Part shown: in pieces, positions 18,147 to 24,732 of the stretch
How the letters are laid out: every line of letters begins with the position of its first letter
Numbering within the stretch: position 1 is the first letter of the stretch
From: a virus
Taxonomy: Duplodnaviria; Caudoviricetes
Length of the DNA: 27,278 bases
Strand: one strand, 5' to 3'
Virus record (IMG/VR): IMGVR_UViG_3300049228_000050
Coordinates: 1-27,278 of that record
Notes under the pieces: model-generated
Told to the model about the DNA's origin: nothing
What the model saw: only the letters and a program-made list of their open reading frames with translations
Databases searched by the model: none
Program-made: the position numbers and the translations under genes

Positions 18147-18464
18147 TCAAGCAGTGATCTCAAATCCTAGCGCCTCAACGGTGAGGCGAAAGGCCCGCGC
18201 GAGCTGGGCGGTCGTGGTGGAACGATGATCGTTGCGCGCAAAGACAGGGTGTATCGGCAGCCGACTGGTCAAGCGAATAATCCCGGCGACGTCCGCGCTA
18301 CGATTCCAGGCGCGGAAAAACCTCCGATCCGAAATACCGCGCGGACTGAGCAATGCTCGCACGTGCCCGAGCGTGCATCTTTTGCCGTCGGCGCTGCTAA
18401 GCCATTTTTTGCAAAAATCGTCGGGTTCGGGCAAGACAAATTCATCATCATCATTTCTTCGCAT
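18147..18464 (-). CDS. Hypothetical phage protein, 105 aa
   Basis: Start ATG 18464 behind AAGGAG; C.LG and ND...T motifs. Confidence 0.65.
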   Translation of the reverse strand: MRRNDDDEFVLPEPDDFCKKWLSSADGKRCTLGHVRALLSPRGISDRRFFRAWNRSADVAGIIRLTSRLPIHPVFARNDHRSTTTAQLARAFRLTVEALGFEITA

Positions 18465-18666
18465 CGCGATGCTCCTTAAGGACTTCCCGCGGCACACTCA
18501 CTCGCAGGCGGATTGCTGCGCCGATGATCTCGTCTGAAAGATTTTGCGTGAGTGGATCATCCCAATAGTAGATTGCTTGTGGGCTGATCGGCTTACCGCA
18601 GCGCGTAAGGGCTTTACGCAAGCCACCGAGCCCGCCGAATAATTTGATTGCTGTGTTTTTTTGCAT
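18451..18666 (-). CDS. Cro-like HTH transcriptional regulator
   Basis: MQKNTAIKLFGG...L...L......ISPQAIYYW is a Cro/YdaS pattern; first gene of the leftward operon. Confidence 0.82.
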   Translation of the reverse strand: MQKNTAIKLFGGLGGLRKALTRCGKPISPQAIYYWDDPLTQNLSDEIIGAAIRLRVSVPREVLKEHRDAKK

Positions 18667-18672
18667 CGCCAC

Positions 18673-18735
18673 AGTATAGGCGCATCAAAATAATTTACAA
18701 GACAGCTTGACGCCACCAAGGTGGCTTGCTATGCT
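18673..18735. promoter_or_regulatory. Divergent sigma70 promoters with CAAG-N4-CTTG operators
   Basis: Rightward TTGACG(18707)-17-TATGCT(18730) with extended TG; leftward TTGTAA-16-TATACT; operators at 18698-18709 and 18717-18728. Confidence 0.8.
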
Positions 18736-18809
18736 GCGATCCAAGGTAGATTACTGCCGCCGGCCGGACGGGATCCGGATCACCAAATGCCTAAGCGCAG
18801 GAGATACAG

Positions 18810-19115
18810 ATGAGCAAATACCGCATGGACGATAATACGATCGTCGACACTACCCGAGCCACTCATACGTGGGAGGAGGACTCCCGCTGGGATGGATCCA
18901 ATCACATCAGTGTGGCCACTGGCTCGCAATGGGACCACGAAGATCTATACCGTTCGCGCAAGGGCCGGTACTACATCGTGCACAGCTCGCAATGGCAGGG
19001 CTCGACGCCGTGCGCCGAATGGATCAGCCACCGCGCTGCAGCCGCGTGGCTGCTGAATAACGCGCACGAGATCCCGGCGGAACTCGCGGATACCGCCGAA
19101 CTGATCTCGGAGTAG
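18810..19115 (+). CDS. Hypothetical early protein, 101 aa
   Basis: AGGAG RBS; DT..A...E.LYRS.KG.YY...IS...A..W pattern seen in small phage proteins. Confidence 0.8.
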   Translation: MSKYRMDDNTIVDTTRATHTWEEDSRWDGSNHISVATGSQWDHEDLYRSRKGRYYIVHSSQWQGSTPCAEWISHRAAAAWLLNNAHEIPAELADTAELISE

Positions 19116-19120
19116 GCGCA

Positions 19121-19291
19121 ATGATAATTGACTACGCCCCCAAGCAATGGCTGCGCCGCGACTGGTACGCCGCTGACAGCACCGAGCCTGCGACCTGGTG
19201 TGATCGCTGCACTAGATTCCTTGGCCTGGTTTTCATCCTCGCGCCAGCCGTGATTTTTTGGTGCGAGGAATATTTGAGAGCGAGGAATTGA
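19121..19291 (+). CDS. Small membrane protein, 56 aa
   Basis: Manually translated MIIDYAPKQWLRRDWYAADSTEPATWCDRCTRFLGLVFILAPAVIFWCEEYLRARN; fills the gap between neighbours. Confidence 0.55.
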   Translation: MIIDYAPKQWLRRDWYAADSTEPATWCDRCTRFLGLVFILAPAVIFWCEEYLRARN

Positions 19292-19292
19292 C

Positions 19293-19622
19293 GTGACCAG
19301 CATGACAGACGATCTAATCACTGCCCTCGACGCGTGCGGCTATGTGGCGCACGCATATAGACCGAATAATTTAGAGCGCAGCGCATGCTACGCCGTAGGC
19401 GTAAATAATGATGCCGACGCGCGACGGCTAATCAATGATATCGAGGGATGGTGCATCGCAAATAACCGCCTTTCTTTCACCGGTCCGAAAATTGATCTAC
19501 TCGGGCTAGGCATCATCGTATCCTGGCCGCAGTATCCGATTGCGCAGGCCGCAGAAAGCGATCCAGACCGTCGATATTACGAGCGCGAATACCTCGCAGA
19601 GCCGAGGAGCGCGAAACCATGA
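19293..19622 (+). CDS. Hypothetical protein, 109 aa
   Basis: GAGGA RBS, GTG start, coupled to the next gene. Confidence 0.7.
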   Translation: MTSMTDDLITALDACGYVAHAYRPNNLERSACYAVGVNNDADARRLINDIEGWCIANNRLSFTGPKIDLLGLGIIVSWPQYPIAQAAESDPDRRYYEREYLAEPRSAKP

Positions 19623-20356
19623 TCGCCTATCACGGCCGGCAGTCGATAAAAGATGACGTGCTCGCCAAACTAGCTGCGCACCGCGCCGCTGATGAGCTGA
19701 TCCAGGACTATGGATATTGGAGGGACGGCAAAGGCTGTGCGGTTGGCTGCACTATCGAGGGCAGTAGCCACGCCAAATACGAAACGGAATTCGGAATTCC
19801 ACAAGCGCTCGCTCGAATCGAGGACTCTATTTTCGAGGCGTTGCCAGTAGCTCAGGCGCGGCTTTGGCCTGAGCGATTCATGGGTGCAATTCAGCCAGGC
19901 GCTGATCTGTCGCTTGTAGTCTGGAAATTTCTTCGCCGGATACTAGATGCGGGGGTTACTGCGGGAATATCTGATCCGATTGTGGCCCCAGCTATCCATA
20001 AAGTGAACGATCTATTAGAGATCCTCGGAAACGGCGGCGACATATCCGCCGCGTGGGCCGCGAGGGCCGCCGAGAGGGCCGAGAAGGCCCCCGAGAGTGC
20101 ACCGTGGGCCGAGAGTGTCGCCGCGTGGGCCGAGAGTGCCGCCGCGTGTGCCGCGAGGGCCGCCGCGTGTGCCGAGAGGGCCGCCGAGAGTGCAACGTGG
20201 GCCGCGAGTGCCGCCACGTGTGCAACGTGTGCCGCGAGTGCCGCCGTGATGGCCGCGAGGGACGGGAGGTCCGCAAGGGGCGAGAAAGCCGCCGCGCGTG
20301 CAACGTGGGTTCGGTTCTCGAACGTCATGATCGAATTATTGGAGGCCGCGCAATGA
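19619..20356 (+). CDS. Phage protein with GCAVGC N-domain and Ala-rich repeat tract, 245 aa
   Basis: H..AD..IQ..YW..GKGCAVGC...H..YE...GIP..LA..ED.IFE.LP pattern; ATGA coupling at both ends. Confidence 0.8.
   Translation: MIAYHGRQSIKDDVLAKLAAHRAADELIQDYGYWRDGKGCAVGCTIEGSSHAKYETEFGIPQALARIEDSIFEALPVAQARLWPERFMGAIQPGADLSLVVWKFLRRILDAGVTAGISDPIVAPAIHKVNDLLEILGNGGDISAAWAARAAERAEKAPESAPWAESVAAWAESAAACAARAAACAERAAESATWAASAATCATCAASAAVMAARDGRSARGEKAAARATWVRFSNVMIELLEAAQ
20048..20309 (+). repeat. Degenerate tandem coding repeat (9-bp units in 21- or 30-bp blocks)
   Basis: GCCGCGTGG, GCCGAGAGT, GCCGCGAGG and GCAACGTGG units separated by GCC. Confidence 0.85.
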
Positions 20357-20715
20357 ACGACTTTCAAAAATACCTATCGAGCCTCAACGTAAACGCTTGG
20401 ACAGAGCTCACACATAAACAAGTGTGCCGAGCGTGCGCGCTTTGGATCGCAGAAAATCGCCACGATTTCGAGAATGCGATTTGGCAAATCGAGCCACAAG
20501 AAGCGCTAGCTGACGCCGTGATGGCTAGCTTCGACTGCCTCGGTCGCGTAGATGTCGAGGGCGTGAAAGTCGCCAATGCGGATATTGCAACGCTCATCAA
20601 GCAGGCTGTAATCGAGCAGGCACAAATCAGCGCCGAATCGTGGCTAAAAATGCGGCGTGGATGGTTGTTTGAGTTGGGCGCGAGAAAACTTAATCCCATG
20701 GAGAACTTAATATGA
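20353..20715 (+). CDS. Hypothetical protein, 120 aa
   Basis: True start ATG 20353 (GGAGG RBS, ATGA overlap); MNDFQKYL... Confidence 0.7.
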   Translation: MNDFQKYLSSLNVNAWTELTHKQVCRACALWIAENRHDFENAIWQIEPQEALADAVMASFDCLGRVDVEGVKVANADIATLIKQAVIEQAQISAESWLKMRRGWLFELGARKLNPMENLI

Positions 20716-21701
20716 GCGGATTTCGCAAAGCAAAAGCCGAACAAGCGGCGCTAAAAATAGGCGTATACGGCCCGCCCGGTAGCGGGAAAACCTTCACGTC
20801 GCTGCTGCTGGCCGAGGGGTTAGCGGCGCTTAGCAAGAAGCGTATCGCGTATGTGGATACCGAGCACGGTACGGATTTTTATTGCAAAACCGTTTCGACG
20901 CGGCAAGTACACCCAGAGGCTTTCGATTTCGACGCTCTGTACACAAAGAGCATCACAGAGACTCTACAGTCTGTGCGTGCACTGTCGCCCGATGATCATT
21001 CCGTGATCGTCCTGGACTCGATCACCCACTTGTGGGAGGCGTGCATCGCTGCATACGGCGGTCGGCAAACGAGCGCAGGAACGATCCCTATGCACGCATG
21101 GGGCAAGATCAAAAAACCCTACAAAGACTTGATGTCGGTCCTATTGTCCTCGCCCATGCACGTGATTTTTTGCGGGCGCCAGGGCACTGAGTACTCGACC
21201 AACGCGGAGACGGAAGAGTTGCGCGCGGTCGGGGTAAAAATGAAGGCAGAAGGCGAGACACCATACGAGCCCCACATCCTGATCCGCATGGAAGCTATAA
21301 GGCCGCAACGCACGAACGAACTCGCGCAGATAGTTGCGTATGCAGAAAAAGATCGAACGGGCGTATTAGCTGGCCGCTCTTTCGTGAATCCCACTTTTGA
21401 GACGTTGGCTAAACCTTTGTTAGCGCTCCTCGGGGGATCTCAGGCTCAAATCCCAACCAATGACGAGACGGCGGCACAAGACGCCGAGAGAATCACCGAG
21501 AATGAAAAATCGAGAATCGAACAATCTGCCCGCTTGCTTGCAGAGTACCAAGCAAAAATAACACTTTGCGATAGCCCGGATGCGCTAAAGGCGATCGGAA
21601 AAGATATTACGCCACAACTTAAATCTCAAATGATTCCGGCAGATGTTGCTGATTTGCGCTCTGCTTATCAAGAGCGTGAGCGTGATATTCAACGAGGCTA
21701 A
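20712..21701 (+). CDS. AAA_24-type ATPase, Sak4-like recombination protein, 329 aa
   Basis: GPPGSGKT, YVDTE, IVLDSITHLWE and KDRTG motifs. Confidence 0.85.
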   Translation: MSGFRKAKAEQAALKIGVYGPPGSGKTFTSLLLAEGLAALSKKRIAYVDTEHGTDFYCKTVSTRQVHPEAFDFDALYTKSITETLQSVRALSPDDHSVIVLDSITHLWEACIAAYGGRQTSAGTIPMHAWGKIKKPYKDLMSVLLSSPMHVIFCGRQGTEYSTNAETEELRAVGVKMKAEGETPYEPHILIRMEAIRPQRTNELAQIVAYAEKDRTGVLAGRSFVNPTFETLAKPLLALLGGSQAQIPTNDETAAQDAERITENEKSRIEQSARLLAEYQAKITLCDSPDALKAIGKDITPQLKSQMIPADVADLRSAYQERERDIQRG

Positions 21702-21706
21702 ATTAA

Positions 21707-22063
21707 ATGACTCAGCACAACAGCAAGACTGAGGCGGGGCCGCATTGCTCACATTGCCGCTTTCCTTTGCCAGCAAGTGACAGCGGGCTGCGCCACTACG
21801 GCACGCACACGGCGCACCAAGAGAATGAGTGCCTGCGGTTGCTGCATGCGGAAATTGAGCGACTGAGTGCGGCGCTGCGGAAGGTGAACGACCAAGCGGA
21901 ACACTTCGAGCGGCATTGGTACTTGGCAAAAGAAGACGCCGACCGCTACGAATTTGCCAAGACGCTTACGGGGCAAGTGGTGACGATGGAGACATTCAAG
22001 AACCGTGGCGGCGCTGAACTTGACCAGGCTCTCGACGACGCGATGGCCGAATTTTGTCCGTGA
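21707..22063 (+). CDS. Hypothetical mosaic phage protein, 118 aa
   Basis: AEIERL coiled segment and DADRY...LD.A.D.AM C-terminal pattern. Confidence 0.7.
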   Translation: MTQHNSKTEAGPHCSHCRFPLPASDSGLRHYGTHTAHQENECLRLLHAEIERLSAALRKVNDQAEHFERHWYLAKEDADRYEFAKTLTGQVVTMETFKNRGGAELDQALDDAMAEFCP

Positions 22064-22087
22064 TTGAGTAAGCGAGAAGGAGTAACG

Positions 22088-22168
22088 ATGGAAACGACCA
22101 TGGGCAGACTGAACCGCGAGGTCGATGCCATTGAGGAGCGCCCGCCTTTGGGGCGTCCCCTCGAATGA
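22088..22168 (+). pseudogene. 26-aa mini-ORF or gene remnant running into an attC-like site
   Basis: Strong AAGGAG RBS; METTMGRLNREVDAIEERPPLGRPLE. Confidence 0.4.
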
Positions 22169-22178
22169 CTTGTTAGAG
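22121..22178 (-). mobile_element. attC-like site, one end degenerate
   Basis: TTGAGGAGCGCCC-GCCTTTG-GGGCGTCCCCTCGAA-TGACTT-GTTAGAG; the minus strand reads CTCTAACAAGTCATTCGAGG, a typical attC start. Confidence 0.7.
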
Positions 22179-22198
22179 CGCATTCTTGGGAGAAAAAC

Positions 22199-22408
22199 AT
22201 GGCATGGATCGATAGGCAGAAGCAAGAGCCAAAGATTGGACAGACCATCATTGCTTGGGGCGAAGGTGATGGACCGTGCGGCTCGGTGGCCTGCTTTTGG
22301 GACTACGACGCTTGGCTTGATGTTTCGGATAGACGCGACGTATCATTTCGGTATTGGATGCCAGCCCCGGAATCGCCTTACGAGGCTGCGGCCTCGCTCC
22401 CCCTCTAA
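22199..22408 (+). CDS. DUF551-like protein, 69 aa
   Basis: MAWI.....P.....I...YWMPAPESP; GGGAG RBS. Confidence 0.75.
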   Translation: MAWIDRQKQEPKIGQTIIAWGEGDGPCGSVACFWDYDAWLDVSDRRDVSFRYWMPAPESPYEAAASLPL

Positions 22409-22422
22409 ATGACTGGTTGGGC
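22375..22422 (-). mobile_element. Eroded attC-like site
   Basis: GCCTTAC...CCCTCTAAATGACTGGTTGGGC; the right half resembles the 22121 site. Confidence 0.55.
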
Positions 22423-22435
22423 CTCAATGATAAAC

Positions 22436-22502
22436 GAATCTCCCCGCCCCGGGGCTGTTGTTCGACCGGGCGCACGCGACCCCGCTAGCGTGATGATGGC
22501 TG
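22436..22502 (+). repeat. 67-bp direct repeat, copy 1
   Basis: GAATCTCCCCGCCCCGGGGCTGTTGTT...GCGCACGCGACCCCGCTAGCGTGATGATGGCTG, near-identical to 24491-24557. Confidence 0.92.
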
Positions 22503-22555
22503 AGCGAGAGTCGCGCCGCCGGTTTCTGGGACTGGATTGACGCATACCACCTACT

Positions 22556-22750
22556 ATGACGCCTAACGATCCAAGCTCATCGTCGGGGCAGCGCGTGGTT
22601 AAAGAGCGTCGAACGATTCATTTGCTTCGGTGCGGGCAGACGCTGTGCGGCAAAACCGGACCGCCATCAAATTGGGGAGCAGATCACGCTTGGGCAGAAG
22701 ATCATGACCGCAAGCACGTCAACTGCCCAGGATGCCTCAATGCTCGCTAA
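22556..22750 (+). CDS. Small Cys/His zinc-binding protein, 64 aa
   Basis: IH......TLCG...VNCPGC. Confidence 0.65.
   Translation: MTPNDPSSSSGQRVVKERRTIHLLRCGQTLCGKTGPPSNWGADHAWAEDHDRKHVNCPGCLNAR
22561..22604 (-). mobile_element. Internally deleted attC-like site
   Basis: GCCTAAC-GATCCAAGCTCA...GCAGC-GCGTG-GTTAAAG. Confidence 0.6.
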
Positions 22751-23072
22751 CGAAGGGTTGGGCGGCTGGGTGCCAGTGGCAGAACGCATGCCAGACCACG
22801 GCGTGACTGTGCTGGTGTGCTACATGAACAGAGCCGGCAAATGGCGACGCATCCGTGCAAAGTGGGTCGCCGCGAAAACCAGTGAATCGAGCAGCGAAAG
22901 TGATATCGGCGAGTACGACGAGGCGGCTGATTGCTACTACGACCCCGAAAACTGGTATGAGCAAATCGACAATTGGCCCGAGTACACCGCCTGCACAGTT
23001 GGCGAAGGGCAGGTGACGCACTGGATGCCTCTGCCTGAGCCGCCTAACGTCGAAGTTAAGCGGGCGCCGTAA
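22740..23072 (+). CDS. DUF551-family protein
   Basis: WVPVAERMP.....VLV...VTHWMPLPEPP. Likely start ATG 22740 (alternative 22704). Confidence 0.85.
   Translation: MLANEGLGGWVPVAERMPDHGVTVLVCYMNRAGKWRRIRAKWVAAKTSESSSESDIGEYDEAADCYYDPENWYEQIDNWPEYTACTVGEGQVTHWMPLPEPPNVEVKRAP
22745..22763 (-). mobile_element. Collapsed attC remnant (R boxes only)
   Basis: CGCTAAC-GAAGG-GTTGGGC. Confidence 0.55.
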
Positions 23073-23100
23073 GGCGCTCCGCTTGGACGTAGGGTTAGCC
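23042..23100 (-). mobile_element. Intact 59-bp integron attC site (top strand = minus)
   Basis: Plus strand folds GCCTAAC-GTCGAA-GTTAAGCGG-GCGCC-GTAA-GGCGC-[T]-CCGCTTG-[G]-AC-GTAGG-GTTAGCC: R and L boxes, unpaired spacer, extrahelical G and T. Confidence 0.88.
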
Positions 23101-23141
23101 AGCACCCGCACAAACGCTGGCATGCAACTACAGGAACCACA

Positions 23142-23420
23142 ATGGAAACGATGATTCAACCGAAGGTGACAGGCTACCGCCAACTGAGCGAGGCCGAAGT
23201 GGCGCTGATGAACGAGGGCAAGGCGCTGGCCGAAGCCTGCGGCACCTACATTGCCAAGCTGCGCACGCACCCTAGCGCACACCCGATGGGCCACAACGCG
23301 CCCACCGAGCCCGGCCAATTGCCGACGCTGGACCAGCGATGGGTAAGCATTGGTGCCACCGACATTCAGCGCGGATTCATGGCCGTGATTCGCGGCATTG
23401 CGCAACCAACCACCTTCTGA
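23142..23420 (+). CDS. acb2: Acb2-family anti-CBASS cyclic-oligonucleotide sponge, 92 aa
   Basis: KVTGYRQLSEAEVALMNEGK and RWVSIGATDIQRGFMAVIRGIAQPTTF match the recalled Acb2 signature (GYR.LS..E...MN..K / RW..I..TD.Q.G.MA..R.IAQP..F). Confidence 0.88.
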   Translation: METMIQPKVTGYRQLSEAEVALMNEGKALAEACGTYIAKLRTHPSAHPMGHNAPTEPGQLPTLDQRWVSIGATDIQRGFMAVIRGIAQPTTF

Positions 23421-23427
23421 GGATGCC

Positions 23428-23616
23428 ATGACAACCTGGGCCGACGAGTACGCGACGATGCTGGAGGACTGCGAGAAGCGCAGCGAGAAGCTGACCGATT
23501 GGGAGTGTGGATTCGTGGATTCGTTGCAGCGGCAGATTGCCGATGGTCGCCGGCCCAGCGCGAAACAGGTGGAGACGCTGGACAACATCTGGGAGCGCGC
23601 CACGGCGCGTGGATAG
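23428..23616 (+). CDS. Small helical phage protein, 62 aa
   Basis: GAGGA RBS; LTDWE.GFVDS......S.KQ...L..IW pattern. Confidence 0.75.
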   Translation: MTTWADEYATMLEDCEKRSEKLTDWECGFVDSLQRQIADGRRPSAKQVETLDNIWERATARG

Positions 23617-23645
23617 TGCCGCCTAACAAGATTTAATCATCCGAA

Positions 23646-24551
23646 ATGACAAATAAATCTCCCCGCCCCGGCGTCGGCAGTCTATTCTCCGGGGTCGGAG
23701 GCTTTGACCTCGGCCTAGAGCGCGCGGGAATGTCGATCTCGTGGCAAAGCGAGATAGATCCATACGCGTCGGCCGTGCTGCAAAAACATTGGCCGGGAAC
23801 ACCGAATTTAGGCGACATAAAAGAGATCATAAATGCACCAACTGTCGATATCCTATGCGGGGGATTCCCTTGCCAACCCCACTCAGTCGCCGGGAAGCAG
23901 CGCGGCAAAGAAGACGAACGCCACCTGTGGCCGGAGTACATGCGACTGGTGCGAGCAATTCGACCGCGTTGGGTGCTGGCTGAGAACGTGCCTGGGATCA
24001 GAACTACCGCAGCCGATGAGGTCCTTGGCGATTTGGAAGCGGAAGACTACGCCGTCTGGCCGCTCGTGGTGGGTTTGTACGCCTTCGGCGCGCAGCATGA
24101 ACGCATGCGCATCGTCTTTGTTGCCCTCGATAAGCGCACAGAGTTATGGGAGCAACCGCGGCGGCTCTGCAGGGCGCGTGGGGAAGGACCGGCCGAGCCT
24201 AAAGACCTTGGCACTGCGCGGCATGATGCTGCCCACGATCAAATCAGTGGACGGCCATCCGAAGGGCAACGGCGGACTGAATCGGAATTCGCCGGGGTTG
24301 GATGCGTTGGCGAAAGCTGGATTGCTGAGCGCACAGAATGGGGGCGATCTGAACCCCCGGTGGTGCGACGGCTTCATGGGATTCCCCCCCGGCTGGTCAG
24401 AGCTCGACGAAGAGAGCGCATCAAGTGCCTTGGGAATTCCTTCAGCCCAATCCACGCGGAGGCACTCGGCAGAATGATCATGCGATTTGAGAATCTCCCC
24501 GCCCCGGGGCTGTTGTTAACCGAGGCGCACGCGACCCCGCTAGCGTGGTGA
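23646..24551 (+). CDS. C5-cytosine DNA methyltransferase, large (alpha) polypeptide, 301 aa
   Basis: Motifs I (SLFSGVGG), IV (GFPCQ), VI (ENV), VIII (HERMRI) and X (LGNS). Confidence 0.92.
   Translation: MTNKSPRPGVGSLFSGVGGFDLGLERAGMSISWQSEIDPYASAVLQKHWPGTPNLGDIKEIINAPTVDILCGGFPCQPHSVAGKQRGKEDERHLWPEYMRLVRAIRPRWVLAENVPGIRTTAADEVLGDLEAEDYAVWPLVVGLYAFGAQHERMRIVFVALDKRTELWEQPRRLCRARGEGPAEPKDLGTARHDAAHDQISGRPSEGQRRTESEFAGVGCVGESWIAERTEWGRSEPPVVRRLHGIPPRLVRARRRERIKCLGNSFSPIHAEALGRMIMRFENLPAPGLLLTEAHATPLAW
23833..24477 (+). CDS. Nested alternative-frame methyltransferase small (beta) polypeptide; true start uncertain
   Basis: LPS/LPT-type TRD-like repeats and LNPRWCDGFMGFPPGWS (motif IX-like), which is missing from the main frame. 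Confidence 0.7.
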   Translation: MHQLSISYAGDSLANPTQSPGSSAAKKTNATCGRSTCDWCEQFDRVGCWLRTCLGSELPQPMRSLAIWKRKTTPSGRSWWVCTPSARSMNACASSLLPSISAQSYGSNRGGSAGRVGKDRPSLKTLALRGMMLPTIKSVDGHPKGNGGLNRNSPGLDALAKAGLLSAQNGGDLNPRWCDGFMGFPPGWSELDEESASSALGIPSAQSTRRHSAE

Positions 24552-24557
24552 TGGCTG
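24491..24557 (+). repeat. 67-bp direct repeat, copy 2
   Basis: Near-identical to 22436-22502. Confidence 0.92.
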
Positions 24558-24732
24558 GATGCCAGAGGGCGATACCGGAATAGTTTCGGGAGCGGGAATG
24601 AATTGGAATCCCGGTGTAGCAGTAATGCGCGCCCGGGCGAGACGCAATCGGTAAATGCGTTGACGATCGGAGAAATGAGTGCCGACGTACTCCGCCGGAT
24701 CGTATGCCGGCCCTCACAGTGAGGGGAAATGA

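Noticed and set aside
20048-20309. Possible CRISPR array
   Set aside because: Short degenerate tandem units with no unique spacers, in frame within a gene.
20053-20352. N-terminal extension of the 220-aa ORF (GRECRRV repeats) and antisense ORFs 19891-20367 and 19992-20303
   Set aside because: Artefacts of the stop-free 9-bp repeat; the real start is at 20353 with RBS and ATGA coupling.
21712-21740. GCACAAC near the start of the 118-aa gene as another cassette boundary
   Set aside because: Only a partial R-box match, with no hairpin or complementary partner identified.
22451-22480. Resemblance of GGGGCTG...TTCGAC to a tmRNA 5' end
   Set aside because: No matching acceptor stem, CCA end or tag frame found; spacing differs.
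22737-23603. 288-aa minus-strand ORF, which would give canonical cassette polarity
   Set aside because: Crosses cassette boundaries and has no motifs, while the plus strand encodes recognisable DUF551 and Acb2 proteins.
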